Below are positions 26,879 to 40,001 of a stretch of 64,000 nucleotides of DNA, piece after piece. Source of the stretch: Octopus sinensis (lineage: Eukaryota). Every line of letters starts with the position of its first letter. Position 1 is the stretch's first letter. The position numbers and the translations under genes are program-made. The DNA is taken from the NCBI RefSeq assembly GCF_006345805.1, contig NC_043002.1, positions 48,794,001 to 48,858,000 on the forward strand. The letters are read 5' to 3'. The notes below the pieces were generated by a model that saw only the letters and a list, made by a program, of their open reading frames with translations, did no database searches and was not told the origin of the DNA.

Positions 26879-28929
26879 CTTATTCACAATGGTCTTCCTT
26901 CAGCTTCTGTCTACAAAATTCACTCACAAGGTTTTTGTTGGCTTAGAGCTCAGGCAGAAGATACTTGCCTATAATGCAGCACAGTGGGATTAAACCCAAG
27001 ATCACATGACTGGGAAGCAAGCTTCTTAATTGCACAGTCATGCCGGTGCTTAAGAAGCTTTTAAAGAGTAATCCTGAAATGGATCAGTGTCCTATCCAGA
27101 ACTTTTTACATGGCACCAACACCCACACCAATGCCTTTTACATAGCACCTTGGTTTTAGTATCTCAATTCTGTTAGAACGAATAGTAAACTCATTCACTC
27201 CAAACTCACATTTTCACAGCAATGAAACTTACACCATCATGTATTTTTTAATCATCTCTACCTTTTGCTGTAGAAAATACACTCATTTGCATCATTTGTT
27301 AGGATTGAGTATCTTTGTATTTTGTTTTCCTTTTCTTTATTAACATGTTGATTGATATGGGAACACAAATCCATATAAAAGCTAGTGTAAACTTAAAGCA
27401 TGGTCATGTAAAAGCAAGTGATAGCCATTACATTTTGGGAAGCTGAGCATTGAGGATTATCACTGAGGCATGTTTTTGAAGTGCAGGCAGAATCTTCAAT
27501 TGATTGCCGACTTATGTTATCAGAGATCAATCTATGATTAGAGCAACATGGTTCACAGTTGAGCATACTGTTATCCTAGATCAGTGGTAAATAAACCAGT
27601 AATAAACGAGGCTACATGTACTTAAAATGGTTGCTAATTTTATAATTTATAATATCTATAATGATACCTGATACAAATTATGATGGCTAATGATGCTAAA
27701 CAGTACAAATCATAAAGATTTCTTATATGTGCTCAAGTTCAGTAATAAATGAGGTACATGTGATAATAATGGTTACTAATTTTAAAAATTTTATGATGAT
27801 TAGCAGAAAGACCACCCTCCAGGTGGTTTTCTGCTAGCCCCTCATAATATTTTCACATTTGATTCCAAATTCTAATAATTTTTATATTTTACGTCTAATT
27901 ATTTCTTTGTATAATAGTGCTCGCTTGCTTAATAAATATTGCTTTCATAGTTATAATCTTTTTTTTTTAAACAAACATCACCGTAGTCCAACAACAGTCC
28001 CTCAAAGCAACATAGAAATTATAATTCAGCAGCCCATCTGTAAGCTTTGCAGTGTGTGTGTGTATGTAAGAGAGAAAAAGAGGGGGAGAGAGAAAATTGT
28101 AAATAATGAATGAAATAAACATGAAATGAAAAATCGTATAAATAAAAGGGCATTACTACAGATGTATATGCCCCCAAATTTGTTGCCTCATAACATCCAG
28201 AAAAATGGATACTTTTAAACAAAATCTTTTACAAATACTGCTTATATGTTATGGCTTTAGAGTATCTAGGAATTTACGAGAAAATTTTTTTCCGAGGGGG
28301 TGGAGAGAGGAGTTTAGGAAAATTCACATGATCTGACTTTTTTCCTTCATAACTTTCAGGAAAATGGGTATCTTTTAATGAAAACTTATACAAATCCCTT
28401 TCAAACAGCCTAAATTACAATTATAAAGAAATCTGTGGGGAAAATTTTTTCAGGGATTATCCCCATTTTTTAAAAACTGCAGCCTTTGAAACGATGGGGT
28501 TGGGGTTGGAGACATCTTTGTATGAAAATAGTTTTGAAAACTCTTTTCTTTTTACAACCCCACCTCCCTCATCATCCCACTCCAGACCTATTTTGGCCAA
28601 TTGTTTTTTGCAAAACCATGTGAAGAACATTTTCAGTAAAAATTATTTAAAAATTGTTAATATTTTCAGAGGGAAAAGTGAATGATTTCTAGCACATCTA
28701 AAAACAACCAGCCTCATTTTTTTTATTACTCTTGTATGTTTTTCAATATTTTCTCCCCATAAATACATTTATATGCTATAAAAAAGAAAATTTGAGAAAA
28801 TATGAATTTTTTGCAACCCCAACTCCCTACCCCAAATTGTTTTTGTTTAGAAATTTAAATATTGGAGAGCCTGAGGTCATTGCTGGCATTTATCCACAGT
28901 GATTTAAAGAAATTATGGAGATTTACTTG

Positions 28930-29182
28930 CAGCATGGAAGATGTTTGTAAGCCATTCACTTCAACATTTAAATTTCATTTGGGTCAAAATATTTTCGTCG
29001 CTTTGAAACCACGACCTGTTCACTGACAAAACTTCATAAAAGTGATGCAGCATGAAGTTTTGTCAGTGAACAGGTCGTGGTTTCAAAGCAACGAAAATAT
29101 TTTGACACAAATGAAATTTAGATGTTGAAGTGAAACTATTTTTTTTGTGTTCTTGAATGGCTTACAAACATCTTCTACACTG
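28930..29182. repeat. palindromic MITE-like element
   Basis: Inverted arms of about 105 bp (…GAAACCACGACCTGTTCACTGACAAAACTTCAT / ATGAAGTTTTGTCAGTGAACAGGTCGTGGTTTC…), a 14-nt spacer and CAG...CTG ends. No TSD seen. Confidence 0.75.
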
Positions 29183-30997
29183 AAATTGTTGCTAATTTAA
29201 AAAAGAGTTATGTAAAGGATAATTCATTATAATAGCGTACTTTTCGGTTAGAAAATGTTTTTTCTTACACACACATGACTTCGCTTGATTCAGATGTGAG
29301 TAAAAATTTAGATTACAATATATTTTGTTGCTTTTCTTCCACCAATGGATCACGCATGTGCTACTTCGGTATCATCATGCCATAAAATGTGTTTAATGGG
29401 AGATAAATATTGTAAGAACATCAATACATGTGAGAGTGAAAAAGTAGGGTGGTTTGGGTTGTGCTAGAACCAACAGTGAAACCACCTTTTACTCTGAAAA
29501 TATTTACGACTTGTTTTTCTTTTTTTTTTACCAAAAAGGCTCCTCCCATGGTTTTTAAGTTAAAAATGAAAATAGCCACAATCGGTCTTGATAGGACAAA
29601 GGTAAAGAATAAACACACCTGGTGTTTAAGGTTAGGGTTAGGGTTAGGGTTTTGCGGAATAGTTATTGTAAGGCTTATTAGTGTTCCAAACAGCCATAAC
29701 AACAAAATCCCTTTGAAAATTTTTTTACAAAAATTATACGGGTATTTTTTTAAATTTTCATTCAATAAATAATGTTTTTACATTACATATACATTAATAA
29801 AATAAACTGTTAGTTTTCCAAATAGCGAATTAAAACTTGAAATAAAAATGTTAAAAGAGAAAGTGAGAGAGTTTTCAAATGAAAATGTAATACTCTGCAG
29901 TGAATATTTAAATTTGTGAGAAATTGGAGTAAAAAATTCAATAAACTTGTCAAATCGAAATTATAGAAAATTTCTTAAAACATGAATTTATAAAAATATT
30001 TCCAGACTGTCAGCCCTTTAATAATTGCTTTCATTTAGTACTTTTAGTAATTGTTACATACCAAATTAATAAGCAGCTTTCTTCATTATAGTATAGATGG
30101 CTGATGGTGCTAAACAGTACACATCATAAACATTTCTTATATGTGCACAAGATCAGAAATTTTGCGAGGATAAAACAGTTGATTATACCCACCCCAGTAC
30201 TTGACATGTAATCTATTGTTTTGACCCTGAAAAACAAAGTCAATCTCTGTTGGATTTGAACACAGAATCTAGAGGGCTGTAACAGAATACTACATGGATT
30301 TTTGCCTAACAATCTAACAATTTTATCAATCCTTACATTTGCATAAGAGATGTAGCTGATTGAGTTGATATTGGTACATACCTAGGACTTATTTTACTGA
30401 CTATAGAGGGATAACAGACGAAGTTGGCTCAAGACAGGATTTGAACTTAGAAAATACATACAGAAGGATGCAACTAAATACTCTAAAGCATTCACTCTGG
30501 CACACTACTTTACTGTCTGTGTCATTCCATTGCATTTTCACTGTTCTTAATAATAATAGATACTGGAGAATATGTCTGAACTTCTCATTAAATTCCATGA
30601 ATAAATGAATTTTATTTTAAGGAACAATTTACCTGAGGCAGTTGGAAAACTAAAAAAATTATTAGAAGGGATGTGGTGAAATAAAATATGAATGAAACTT
30701 AAATAAAAATATGAGATAGAAAGAATTCATTTTGGGCAATATTGAAAAGTTCTGATCTGTTTGTTTGGGGACTGAAGTAAAAAAAGAAAAAAATCTAATA
30801 TAGATAATTAGAAATAACAGCCAAACATGGTTTCAGGCGTAAGATAGCTAGCAGGTAAAATGCAACAATTCTCTTTATAATCAATAATTTTGTTTATCAT
30901 ATAATCAGCAGTCTTGTTTTAACTAATTTTTTGAAAAATAATTTCGATATTATTTCCATAAAATATACAAGACAAAAAACTTTTATGTTACAATGAG

Positions 30998-31066
<69 letters not shown>

Positions 31067-32752
31067 TCTTATTGGCAAACCTCAGAATTAGCTACATATT
31101 TCTTGTAGATTTTAAATATCAGATTTTCTTTCACATACGAATTCCAGAAACACACTCATGTAACTTTAGACACACACACACACATACACACATACACACA
31201 CACACACACACACACGTATATATATGTGTGTGTATACAGATATATGCCAACATAAATAATAACATCCTATTTAGAAAACAAATAACTTAATTAAATCAAA
31301 TTTAATTTTTAGTTAATCTATCAATAGAAGTAAATGGTAAATGCATGCTTACACAAGCTAAATGTGTTAATAGAAACAGTACTCAAATGAGTAAGAATAT
31401 TTCTTATGCTATTTCTTACTTTAGTTCTAATGAATACTCTTTGTATAGGCCTGTTTTGCTTTCCTTAAAAATGCAAGCATGTAAACAATTTAATATTTTT
31501 ATTTTAGTTTTATCTATTTTCCGAACAATTCACAGGAGCCTCAAATAAGTTTGATAGTTGTCTTCAAGAAAAGTCATCCATTATTCATGAATTATTTTAA
31601 ACTTCAAATTTTATATTATTTTCCAGCTTTAAACATTAATGTTATTTAATGTAATATATTCTCTACCAATTTACCCTGCTTTTTTTTAATTCTCAAATGT
31701 ATATTTCCAGATGAGTTAAGAACTGTATGCAATTGTACATTCTATATATTGTCTATGTTTTTAAGTTTTTCTATTCTGTTCTTTATGTCTAGATTAATTT
31801 AGGGTCAAAGTTTTCATAAAAACACATTGTTAGTTTGTTTTTAAAGTATAAAATCTCAAATAAACTAGAAGTTTCCTTGATGACTAATTTATCCTTAGGC
31901 TCTACATACAAGTCTTTTATTTTATCAAAAAAAAAAAAAAATTAAGACAAACTTTAATATCAATAAAATCAATGTATCTTATATTTTTCATTTAGAAGTT
32001 ATTTTGTTGATTTGGAAACACAAATTAGAAAAAAATATATTATACCAAACAGAAATAATTTATTCTGCTTCAAGAAAAATATGTAAATGCATTATATTTA
32101 GTCTGACAATACTTTTGTAAAGATCAAGTTAACTGGGCCTTCATAATATACTTGACTCTACTCTCAGTATCCAGTCATATCATAATCAGTAAATGCTCAG
32201 TTGTTTTTCTTAAAAGTCCTTTGAAATGATAATGTTAGATTAATATACTTATAATAATTATGATTTTTTGTTTTTATTTTGTAATAGCAAAATTAACCAT
32301 ATATAATTAAAATTCAAACTAATTATATCCATCCATCCATCCATCTATCTATCTGTCTGTCTGTCTGCCTATCTGTCTGCTTACCTACCTAGCCATCTGT
32401 CTGTCTTTCTGGTTGACTGTCTGTCTTTTATCATACAATTCAGTCCTGTCATAGTGGAATTGATAACCAATTATTAAAACTTGGCAAGGGTCATGATGAG
32501 CCATTGACTAATTAAATGCATGTACTGACTTTTTATAGTTTAGAGCAAGCATGGGGAAACTTTTTCAAGAAACAGGCCACATGAGACATGATTCATCATC
32601 AGGTGGGCTGCACTATCCAAATAATTCAAGGCAGTTTTCCATTAGGTGTGCCATTCAGAAAATCCCATGGGCTGTAATTTGACCATGATTCATTTATAGT
32701 GTCCTAGGGTATAGTGCAAACACTTTTTGATAAAGAGGTCAACAGTAGGCTG

Positions 32753-32806
<54 letters not shown>

Positions 32807-33557
32807 TATCATCATCATCCTTGTTGTTTCAACATCCACTTCCACATGGGTGAGACAGAATATGTTAAGGTAAATTTTCTATGGCTAGATACCCTTTCTG
32901 TTGCCTACACTTGATTGTTTTTAAGGTAATATTTACCAGACATGTTTTCATAGATTTGTAATCAAATGGTTAAGAAACACTTCTGTACATATATGTGTAT
33001 CTATCTATCTGTCTGTCTATCTGTTTGTCTGTCTGCCTGACTGTCTGTCTGTCTGTCAATATATATAAAAAATATTGAACACACATACACAAGATGTGTG
33101 TATTGCCAGTTTGTGGGCAGGCTGCAATTTATAAGCATGTGAGAAAATTTTCTTGTCATTATGCCTGGTATAGAAAACACCTAGAAGTTATAAACAAGTG
33201 AGATAACTCATGCCAGGTCGTGTTGCAGGAGTGGAAGACATTAATGTTTCATTATCTTTGTTACTCATTAATACCATGCATCCAAAATGAGGCCAGATGT
33301 AAGCTAACCTGCTCGTTATGACTATATGCAAAATGGTGTGAGAACCATGTACTGGTATGTCTTAACATCCTGTGCAATGGAAAGAATTCGAATATGAATG
33401 AGAAGCAGCCTGAGGAATATAAACAATTTCAAACACACATACACAAAGTATATATATTGTTATACATATGCAAACTTTTTATTGAGTTTTAATTTTAATT
33501 TGGATTTAATTTCAATTGATAGAATTGTTTCCGTTTAAACTCTTACTCTACACTAGT

Positions 33558-33562
<5 letters not shown>

Positions 33563-33589
<27 letters not shown>

Positions 33590-33950
33590 TTAGCATCCGC
33601 TTTCCATGCTATCATGGGTTGGATAGTTCAACTGGGGTCTGGGAAGCCAGAAGGCTGCACCAGGCCCAGTCTGATCTGGCAATGTTTCTACGGCTGGATG
33701 CCCTTCCTAACGCCAACCACTCCATGAGTGTAGTGGGTGCTTTTTACATGCCACCGGCACAGGTGCCAGATGGGGCTGGCAATTGGCCACGGTCGGATGG
33801 TGCTTTTTACATGCCATTGGCACGGGGGCCAGGCGAGGCTGGCAAAGGCCATGATCGGATGGTGCTTTTTACGTGCCACCAGCACGGAGGCCCGTCGGAA
33901 CGGCGCTGGCAACAGCCACAATCGGATTTGTTTTATGAAAACATCTAGTA
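33563..33950 (-). mobile_element. SINE-like family C with RTE-type (GAT)n tail, well preserved
   Basis: Contains (CAT)n, TTTCCATGCT..CATGGGTTGGA and TACGGCTGGATGCCCTTCCTAACGCCAACC. An internal ~45 bp unit (GGATGGTGCTTTTTAC.TGCCA) is repeated about three times. Confidence 0.8.
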
Positions 33951-33987
33951 GTGTACTACTACAATACCATAGAAAAGGCAGAGACAG

Positions 33988-34065
<78 letters not shown>
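33988..34065. repeat. (GATA)n repeat
   Basis: Read directly from the sequence. Confidence 0.95.
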
Positions 34066-34079
<14 letters not shown>

Positions 34080-34643
34080 AGGTAAAGAGAGAGAGAGGCA
34101 GGCTGGTGCAGGATGACACACTGGGACACTATTGACGATAAAAAGGCAGTACATATCTCTTATTATAAAAGGCAGATTTTATCTGCCTCCCTTTGGGAGT
34201 TATACAAATCTACAATATAGGATTTCTTCAATTACAATTTACCTTGCATTTTTAAGAGTACAATGCATCGCGTCATGCCAGGTCCAGTTTTTAAAATTTA
34301 AACTCCAATTAAGCAAAATTTACAGAAAACTCACATTCTGGTGTGTGTGTCAAATGCTTTTCTTAGTCTGGTTTACACCACACGCAAACGCACACACACA
34401 GTGGGCAACGAATAAAATGAAAGTAAATAGCGACAGTGATTTGAGGAAGACTAAAGTGAAAGTATTCTGTCTATGACGCTGATAGATACATGAGTAAAAT
34501 GTATGGGGAGCTAAGAGTGAGTGAAAATGTTCTTGGAAGAGAGTAATTAGTAATAAAGTAAACATACACTCATACATACATACATACATACATACATACA
34601 TACATACACACACACACATACACACACACATACATACACACAC

Positions 34644-34674
<31 letters not shown>

Positions 34675-34836
34675 CATACATACATACATATACATACATA
34701 CACACACACACATACACACACACACACAGTATTGAAGCTTGAGAACAATCAGATACATTTGCAACACATCTGTTGAAAATATTATTGTTCACACACATAC
34801 ATATACATATATACATACATACAGACAGACAGATAG

Positions 34837-34867
<31 letters not shown>

Positions 34868-35079
34868 ATCCAGCATGACCACAACCTCAAGGCTGAAACA
34901 TAAAAGAATAACAGAATATAAATGTGTGCAAAGTACAAGAAATATTAATGCAGTATATGGGGATTGGACAATAATTGGGTCAATGGGTTCCTCACGAACT
35001 TTCCGAGTCTAATTGCATACAGAGAGTGAATGTATGCTTTTCTTTGCTGTCATATCTCACCACTACTGCGCTATGTATA

Positions 35080-35714
35080 TCTATATATATAAAACTGTAG
35101 TTGTGTGAGTGTCTGTCCCCTTCGATTTAGATTCCTAACTACTCCCACATTTTGCGGTACAGTTTAACCAAATTCGGGTAGCTTATAGTCGTGATTCATA
35201 TCGAGCCTGTCTGAATATTAGCGCGCATCTACGATGAGTCTACGATTTTAAAAATAATTTAACATCATTTTTTATCCCATTTTAATGCATAATTTTTCGT
35301 GTGTCGATGGCGGCGGAGTTGGCGTCCACGCTCACACCTGCACCTGTGGGGAAGGGAGTGTAAGGAAATCAACGTCGTAATGCGTTGTCAAGGAGACCAG
35401 TGTTCTTTTAGAACAACGACTTCATGGCTTGAAGACACCAAAACAGAAATGGCTAAGAAAGCGTCTACATGAGTCTACGATTTAAAAAAAAATTACCATC
35501 GTTTTTTTTCCATTTTAATGCATTTTTTCGCTATTATATAAGGGAAGTAACTCTCTAAAATGTCTACGATGAGTCAACGATTTAAAAAAAAATTTACCAT
35601 CATATTTTTTTCATTTTTAATGCATTTTTTGCTATTTTTTGGCTATAACTCTCTAAAAATGCTTATATAGTTATTTCCCTTACAAACCCGAGCAACGCCG
35701 GGCGATACTGCTAG
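35080..35714 (+). mobile_element. non-autonomous Helitron
   Basis: 5' TC at 35080, 3' hairpin CCCGAGCAACGCCGGG at 35687-702, CTAG end at 35711-14. Inserted between A and T with no TSD. Three internal ~65 bp direct repeats begin TCTACGATGAGTC(T/A)ACGATTT. Confidence 0.85.
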
Positions 35715-36577
35715 TGTTTAATAAATAAATAGTTCATGTGACTCAACCAAAATACTATACAATCTGTCTTAAAACACAATTTCAAATCAAATGTTTTGGT
35801 CAAATATGTACAGTAACAGATTATTGATGCTTGAAAGATACCAAAAAAAGAGAAAAATGCACACAAAAAAACATCTGTTACAAGATTTTTTTTGTTTATT
35901 TAAAGATCTCCACACTTTTTAAAATCTTGCATCTCATGTAAATATATGTATGAAAGCAAATCAGTTTTATCAATTTCAAATTTTAAATCTCTCAACCTCA
36001 ATGAAAAAAGATTAAATTCGAATGAAACAAAGAAAAGAAAAACTACTACACTGAACAGAAATCTTCCTTTTGTCCCATTAAAAACAAAACAAATCTGAAA
36101 TGTAATTCTTTCTCTGAACTAAATTAATATACTCTATCAAAAAGTCACTATTTGCTATTAGTATTTTCTTTTGCTCTCCCTCTTTCTCTCATGATTTTTC
36201 TCATTCATTCTCTCATTTTCCTCATTCTATCTCTGTTTGTTTCATTCAAACTCTTTCCCTCCCCACTCTCTCTCTCTCTCACACACACATGCATTGCTAT
36301 TTTGTCTTTTCAGGGTAATATTAAAGAATTTGTTACTGATATAAAAATTAGATTACTTTAGACTATAAATATTCATATGAATCCAATGGAAATTTCAAAA
36401 ATATTCCAGTTCTATTATGTTCATTGGGATTCACATTCTGTAGTTGTTATCTCATTTTTTTTTTATTGCAAAGTGGGGTTACAAAACTTACTTGCTCTAG
36501 CAGGTTGCAATAAATTGTTATTGTATGTGTGTATATACATGTGTAAGTAGGCAGGTGTGTGCGTGTGAAAGTGTGAG

Positions 36578-36609
<32 letters not shown>

Positions 36610-37096
36610 TAGTAGAGGAGTAGGAGGAGAGTCATTAGTATGCAACATATGTTCTATCATTACAGTTTTTTCTGTGCTTCCAAAGATCAAGATAAACAGT
36701 GTAGAATCTTTGTCAGCTACATTTCATAACATATCAGTTCAAATGGAAATTCAGTATATATAATAGCTGAATGGAATAGGTGATTTCTTTTTCTTCTCTT
36801 CTTGTATTTTTCTTTTTTTTTCTTCAGTTTTTGTTCCCCTACTTTTGTTTCCTTACAACACAATAACTAAGAGAGACAAAAATTCTTGAAAATTAAAAGC
36901 AGAGAAAAAAAAAAGACATGTAAAATAAGGTTAAGAAATATTGTAATAACTGTCCATCCAGCTGTCCACTCAATCATCAAATCATGTGTTCATTTGAATG
37001 TGTGTGTGTGGTTATGAATATGTGTGTGGTTATAAATATGTGTGTGTGTGTGTGTATACATATATACCAATATATATGTATATGTGTGTGTGTATA

Positions 37097-37133
<37 letters not shown>

Positions 37134-37224
37134 GCATATATATACATATATATGTATGCATGTATACCTATATATATATATATGTATATGTATGTATATA
37201 CCTGTATGTATATATATGTATATA

Positions 37225-37451
37225 TTCTTTTATTCTTTTATTCTTTTACTTGTTTCAGTCATTTGATTGTGGCCATGCTGGAGCACCACCTTTAGCTGAA
37301 CAAATTGACCCCAGGATTTATTCTTTGTAAGCCTAGTACTTATTTTATCAAGGTTCTTTTGCCGAACTGCTAAGTTACAGGGACATAAACACACTAACAA
37401 TGATTGTCAAGCGAAGGTGGCGAGACAAACACAGACTCACAAATACATACA

Positions 37452-37501
<50 letters not shown>

Positions 37502-37590
37502 CGACAGCTTCTCTCAGTTTCTGTCTACCAAATCCACTCACAAAGCTTTGGCTGGCCTGAGGCTATAGTAGAAGACATTTGCCCAAGGTG
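37225..37590 (-). mobile_element. SINE family A, head truncated at the Penelope-like insertion
   Basis: Family A 3' half and core stop abruptly at GCCCAAGGTG, where the inverted PLE fragment starts. Confidence 0.8.
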
Positions 37591-37818
37591 TTGTTATCTG
37601 TTGTTATGCTAAGATTGAATGTTGTTATGCAAAAGTCGTGAGTATGTGCTGTTTTCTACAAGGTATAGGTTCTTGGTTTTATCAGAAGAAGTGCTGTATT
37701 TTTGGAACTATTTATGTATTTGATGTCATTTTCAGTTTCTGTCGAAAAGTGTTAAAAGACTTACGAAATTTTATTTTGTTTATAAGCTTCAGTAGGTTCA
37801 TTTCGAAGTCTTCTAGCC
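37590..37818 (-). mobile_element. inverted 5' fragment of the Penelope-like element (N-terminal RT region)
   Basis: The minus strand reads LEDFEMNLLKLINKIKFRKSFNTFRQKLK / NDIKYINSSKN / SDKTKNLYLVENSTYSRLLHNNI with two frameshifts. This resembles the conserved PLE N-terminal 'KF...DKT' region. Confidence 0.75.
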
Positions 37819-39208
37819 TTAACCACAAACACCAATGGACCAGCAGAAGATCGGTTCAGGAAGAACATTATCCAAATGATGAAAATATTCGATCTTAGTA
37901 TAACAATAGATACCAACCTGGCAGTTGTCAATTTCCTAGATGTATCTTTAGATTTAAATAAGAATATTTACAAACCCTATAAAAAGCCCAACAATAGACT
38001 TAGCTATATTAATGTAGGTTTCTGCCGTCCTCCCCATAGTATTTAAGAATTTAGTTAACATTAGCAAGAGATTTTCTAGCCTCTCCTCCAACATAAACAT
38101 TTTTAATAGTGTTGCCCCAATATATAGTAAAGCTCTAAAACATTGTGGTTTTAACGAGGAAATAACCTACAGACCTGTTATTAGTCCAGTAACAAAGAAA
38201 AGGAAAAATAGGAATAGGAAAATTATCTGGTTCACACCACCATACTCACACGAAGTGACCTTTAATATAGGTAAGTATTTCTTATCACTTATTGATAGGC
38301 ATTTTCCAATCAATCATAATTATAGAAAGCTCTTTAATAGGCACAACTTAAAAATTAGTTTTAGTTCTACTGCTAACTTTGAATATATAATTGCGCACAT
38401 TACACAAAAACAACAAAATGAAGCTGGTTGTTCCTGCAAAGTTAAAAAATTGTGCCTACTAAATGGAGCTTGTACGACCGAGGCCATCATTTATGAAACC
38501 ACTGTAGAGTCTACAACCACTAAGGACATAGTTTCGTCAAAGAAATATGTAGGTCTCCCAGAGGGAAATTTTAAAGCTAGGTTTAACAATTACACCTTAC
38601 ACTTCAGACACTGGGATAAAAGGAAAACAACCAAATTATCCAGTTATATATGGTCCTTAAAAGAAAAAGGTGTCAGTTATAAGATTCACTGGAAGATCTT
38701 GGCCAAATGTAAGCCTTATACCAATGGCAGTGGAAAGTGTGGTCTTTGAGATATGGAAAGATGGCTCACCTGGGTATGTTCTTTAGACCCCACTACATGT
38801 CTAAATTCAAGAACTGAACTTTTGGGTTGTGTCCACATATGGCAAAACATTTGGTACATTTTTGGACTCCCACCCCAAGATCACAGATAGAACCTGCTTT
38901 TTACATTATGTTCATGTACAAGCCTTTCATATGTCTTAACATCTCTTATATATTTCTTATATATATTTTATTGCTTTATATATTTTTTCTGTATATTATT
39001 TTTCACCCTTTATAATTGTGTAACTTATACACGTGTAGTATATACCTAATGTGTATGTGCGTGCCTATATACAGGTGTATATGATTGTATATATACGAGT
39101 GCATGACTCTACCTGTTGTACTTGATTCCTTCCTTCATGCATATACGTATTTATATACTTTTATATATCTGCAGGTGTAGATGTGTTTGACAGACAGGAG
39201 GGTGTATT

Positions 39209-39277
<69 letters not shown>

Positions 39278-39825
39278 TCATTTGTATATTCAAGTTTTGT
39301 GGCAAATGTGAATGTTTTATGGTTTAATTTTTTTGCGCATGTGTTTTATTTGTATATACGTCTTTCCATGTATGTATATGCATGTGCATATAATCAATGT
39401 TTTGTATATCCGTATATGTATGTGTGTGTGCATGTAGAGAGTGTATATGAGCATAGTGATGTGGGCATGGATATATATGCATGTGTATGTGCATGTATAG
39501 GTAGACATATGTATATATGAGTGTTTGTATGTATATGTACACACGTGAGTATGTATATAGATATATATATATACATACATGTGTGTGTCTGTGTGCGCGT
39601 ACGTGTATGTGTGTGTGTGTGTATATGTGTGCATATCCAGATTCTATGAATGAAGTGTTACTTTCTCCATGCCTATTGGAGTAATTTCCCTTCAATGGTT
39701 TTTTTCATAGTGTTTGTCTTAATAACTGATGAGATGCCGGAACAGACTTCGGCCCTGGCATCCGAAACTCTGAGTTTTATTATGACAACCAACTAATTGT
39801 CACATATTATATTTATAGATAAATT
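37812..39825 (+). mobile_element. Penelope-like retroelement (Neptune-like), 5'-truncated: RT C-terminus, GIY-YIG endonuclease and 3' UTR
   Basis: Frameshifted translation gives ...RKNIIQMMKIFDLSITIDTNLAVVNFLDVSLDL...YKPYKKPNN, then IIWFTPPYS, then CSCKVKKLCLLNGACTTEAIIY...KYVGLPEGNFKARF...LSSYIWSLK...CGL. The ORF ends near 38860 and is followed by microsatellite-rich UTR and a hammerhead motif. Confidence 0.9.
39714..39788 (+). ncRNA. type I hammerhead ribozyme with intact core
   Basis: CUGAUGA at 39726-32. Stem II is GAUGCCGG (39733-40) / CUGGCAUC (39755-62). GAAAC at 39764-68. Stem III is ACU/AGU with a 3-nt loop. Predicted cleavage triplet GUU, cut after 39776. Stem I is UUGUC-U-UAAUAA (39714-25) / UUAUUA-U-GACAA (39777-88), 11 of 12 positions paired. 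Confidence 0.8.
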
Positions 39826-39918
39826 CGTCTATTTTACATAATATTGGGCTCTCATTCATTCTTTTGTTGTCATATTATTATTATTAATATAATATAATAT
39901 ATATAATATATATATATG

Positions 39919-39995
<77 letters not shown>

Positions 39996-40001
<6 letters not shown>

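Noticed and set aside
28160-28900. AT-rich segment with recurring CATAAC...GAAAA(A)TGG units as a defined transposon
   Set aside because: It looks repeat-derived, but I could not identify termini, a TSD or a coding remnant.
35228-35620. Regularly recurring ~65 bp repeats as a CRISPR-like array
   Set aside because: The context is eukaryotic, the spacing is irregular, there are no cas genes and the repeats are internal to a Helitron.
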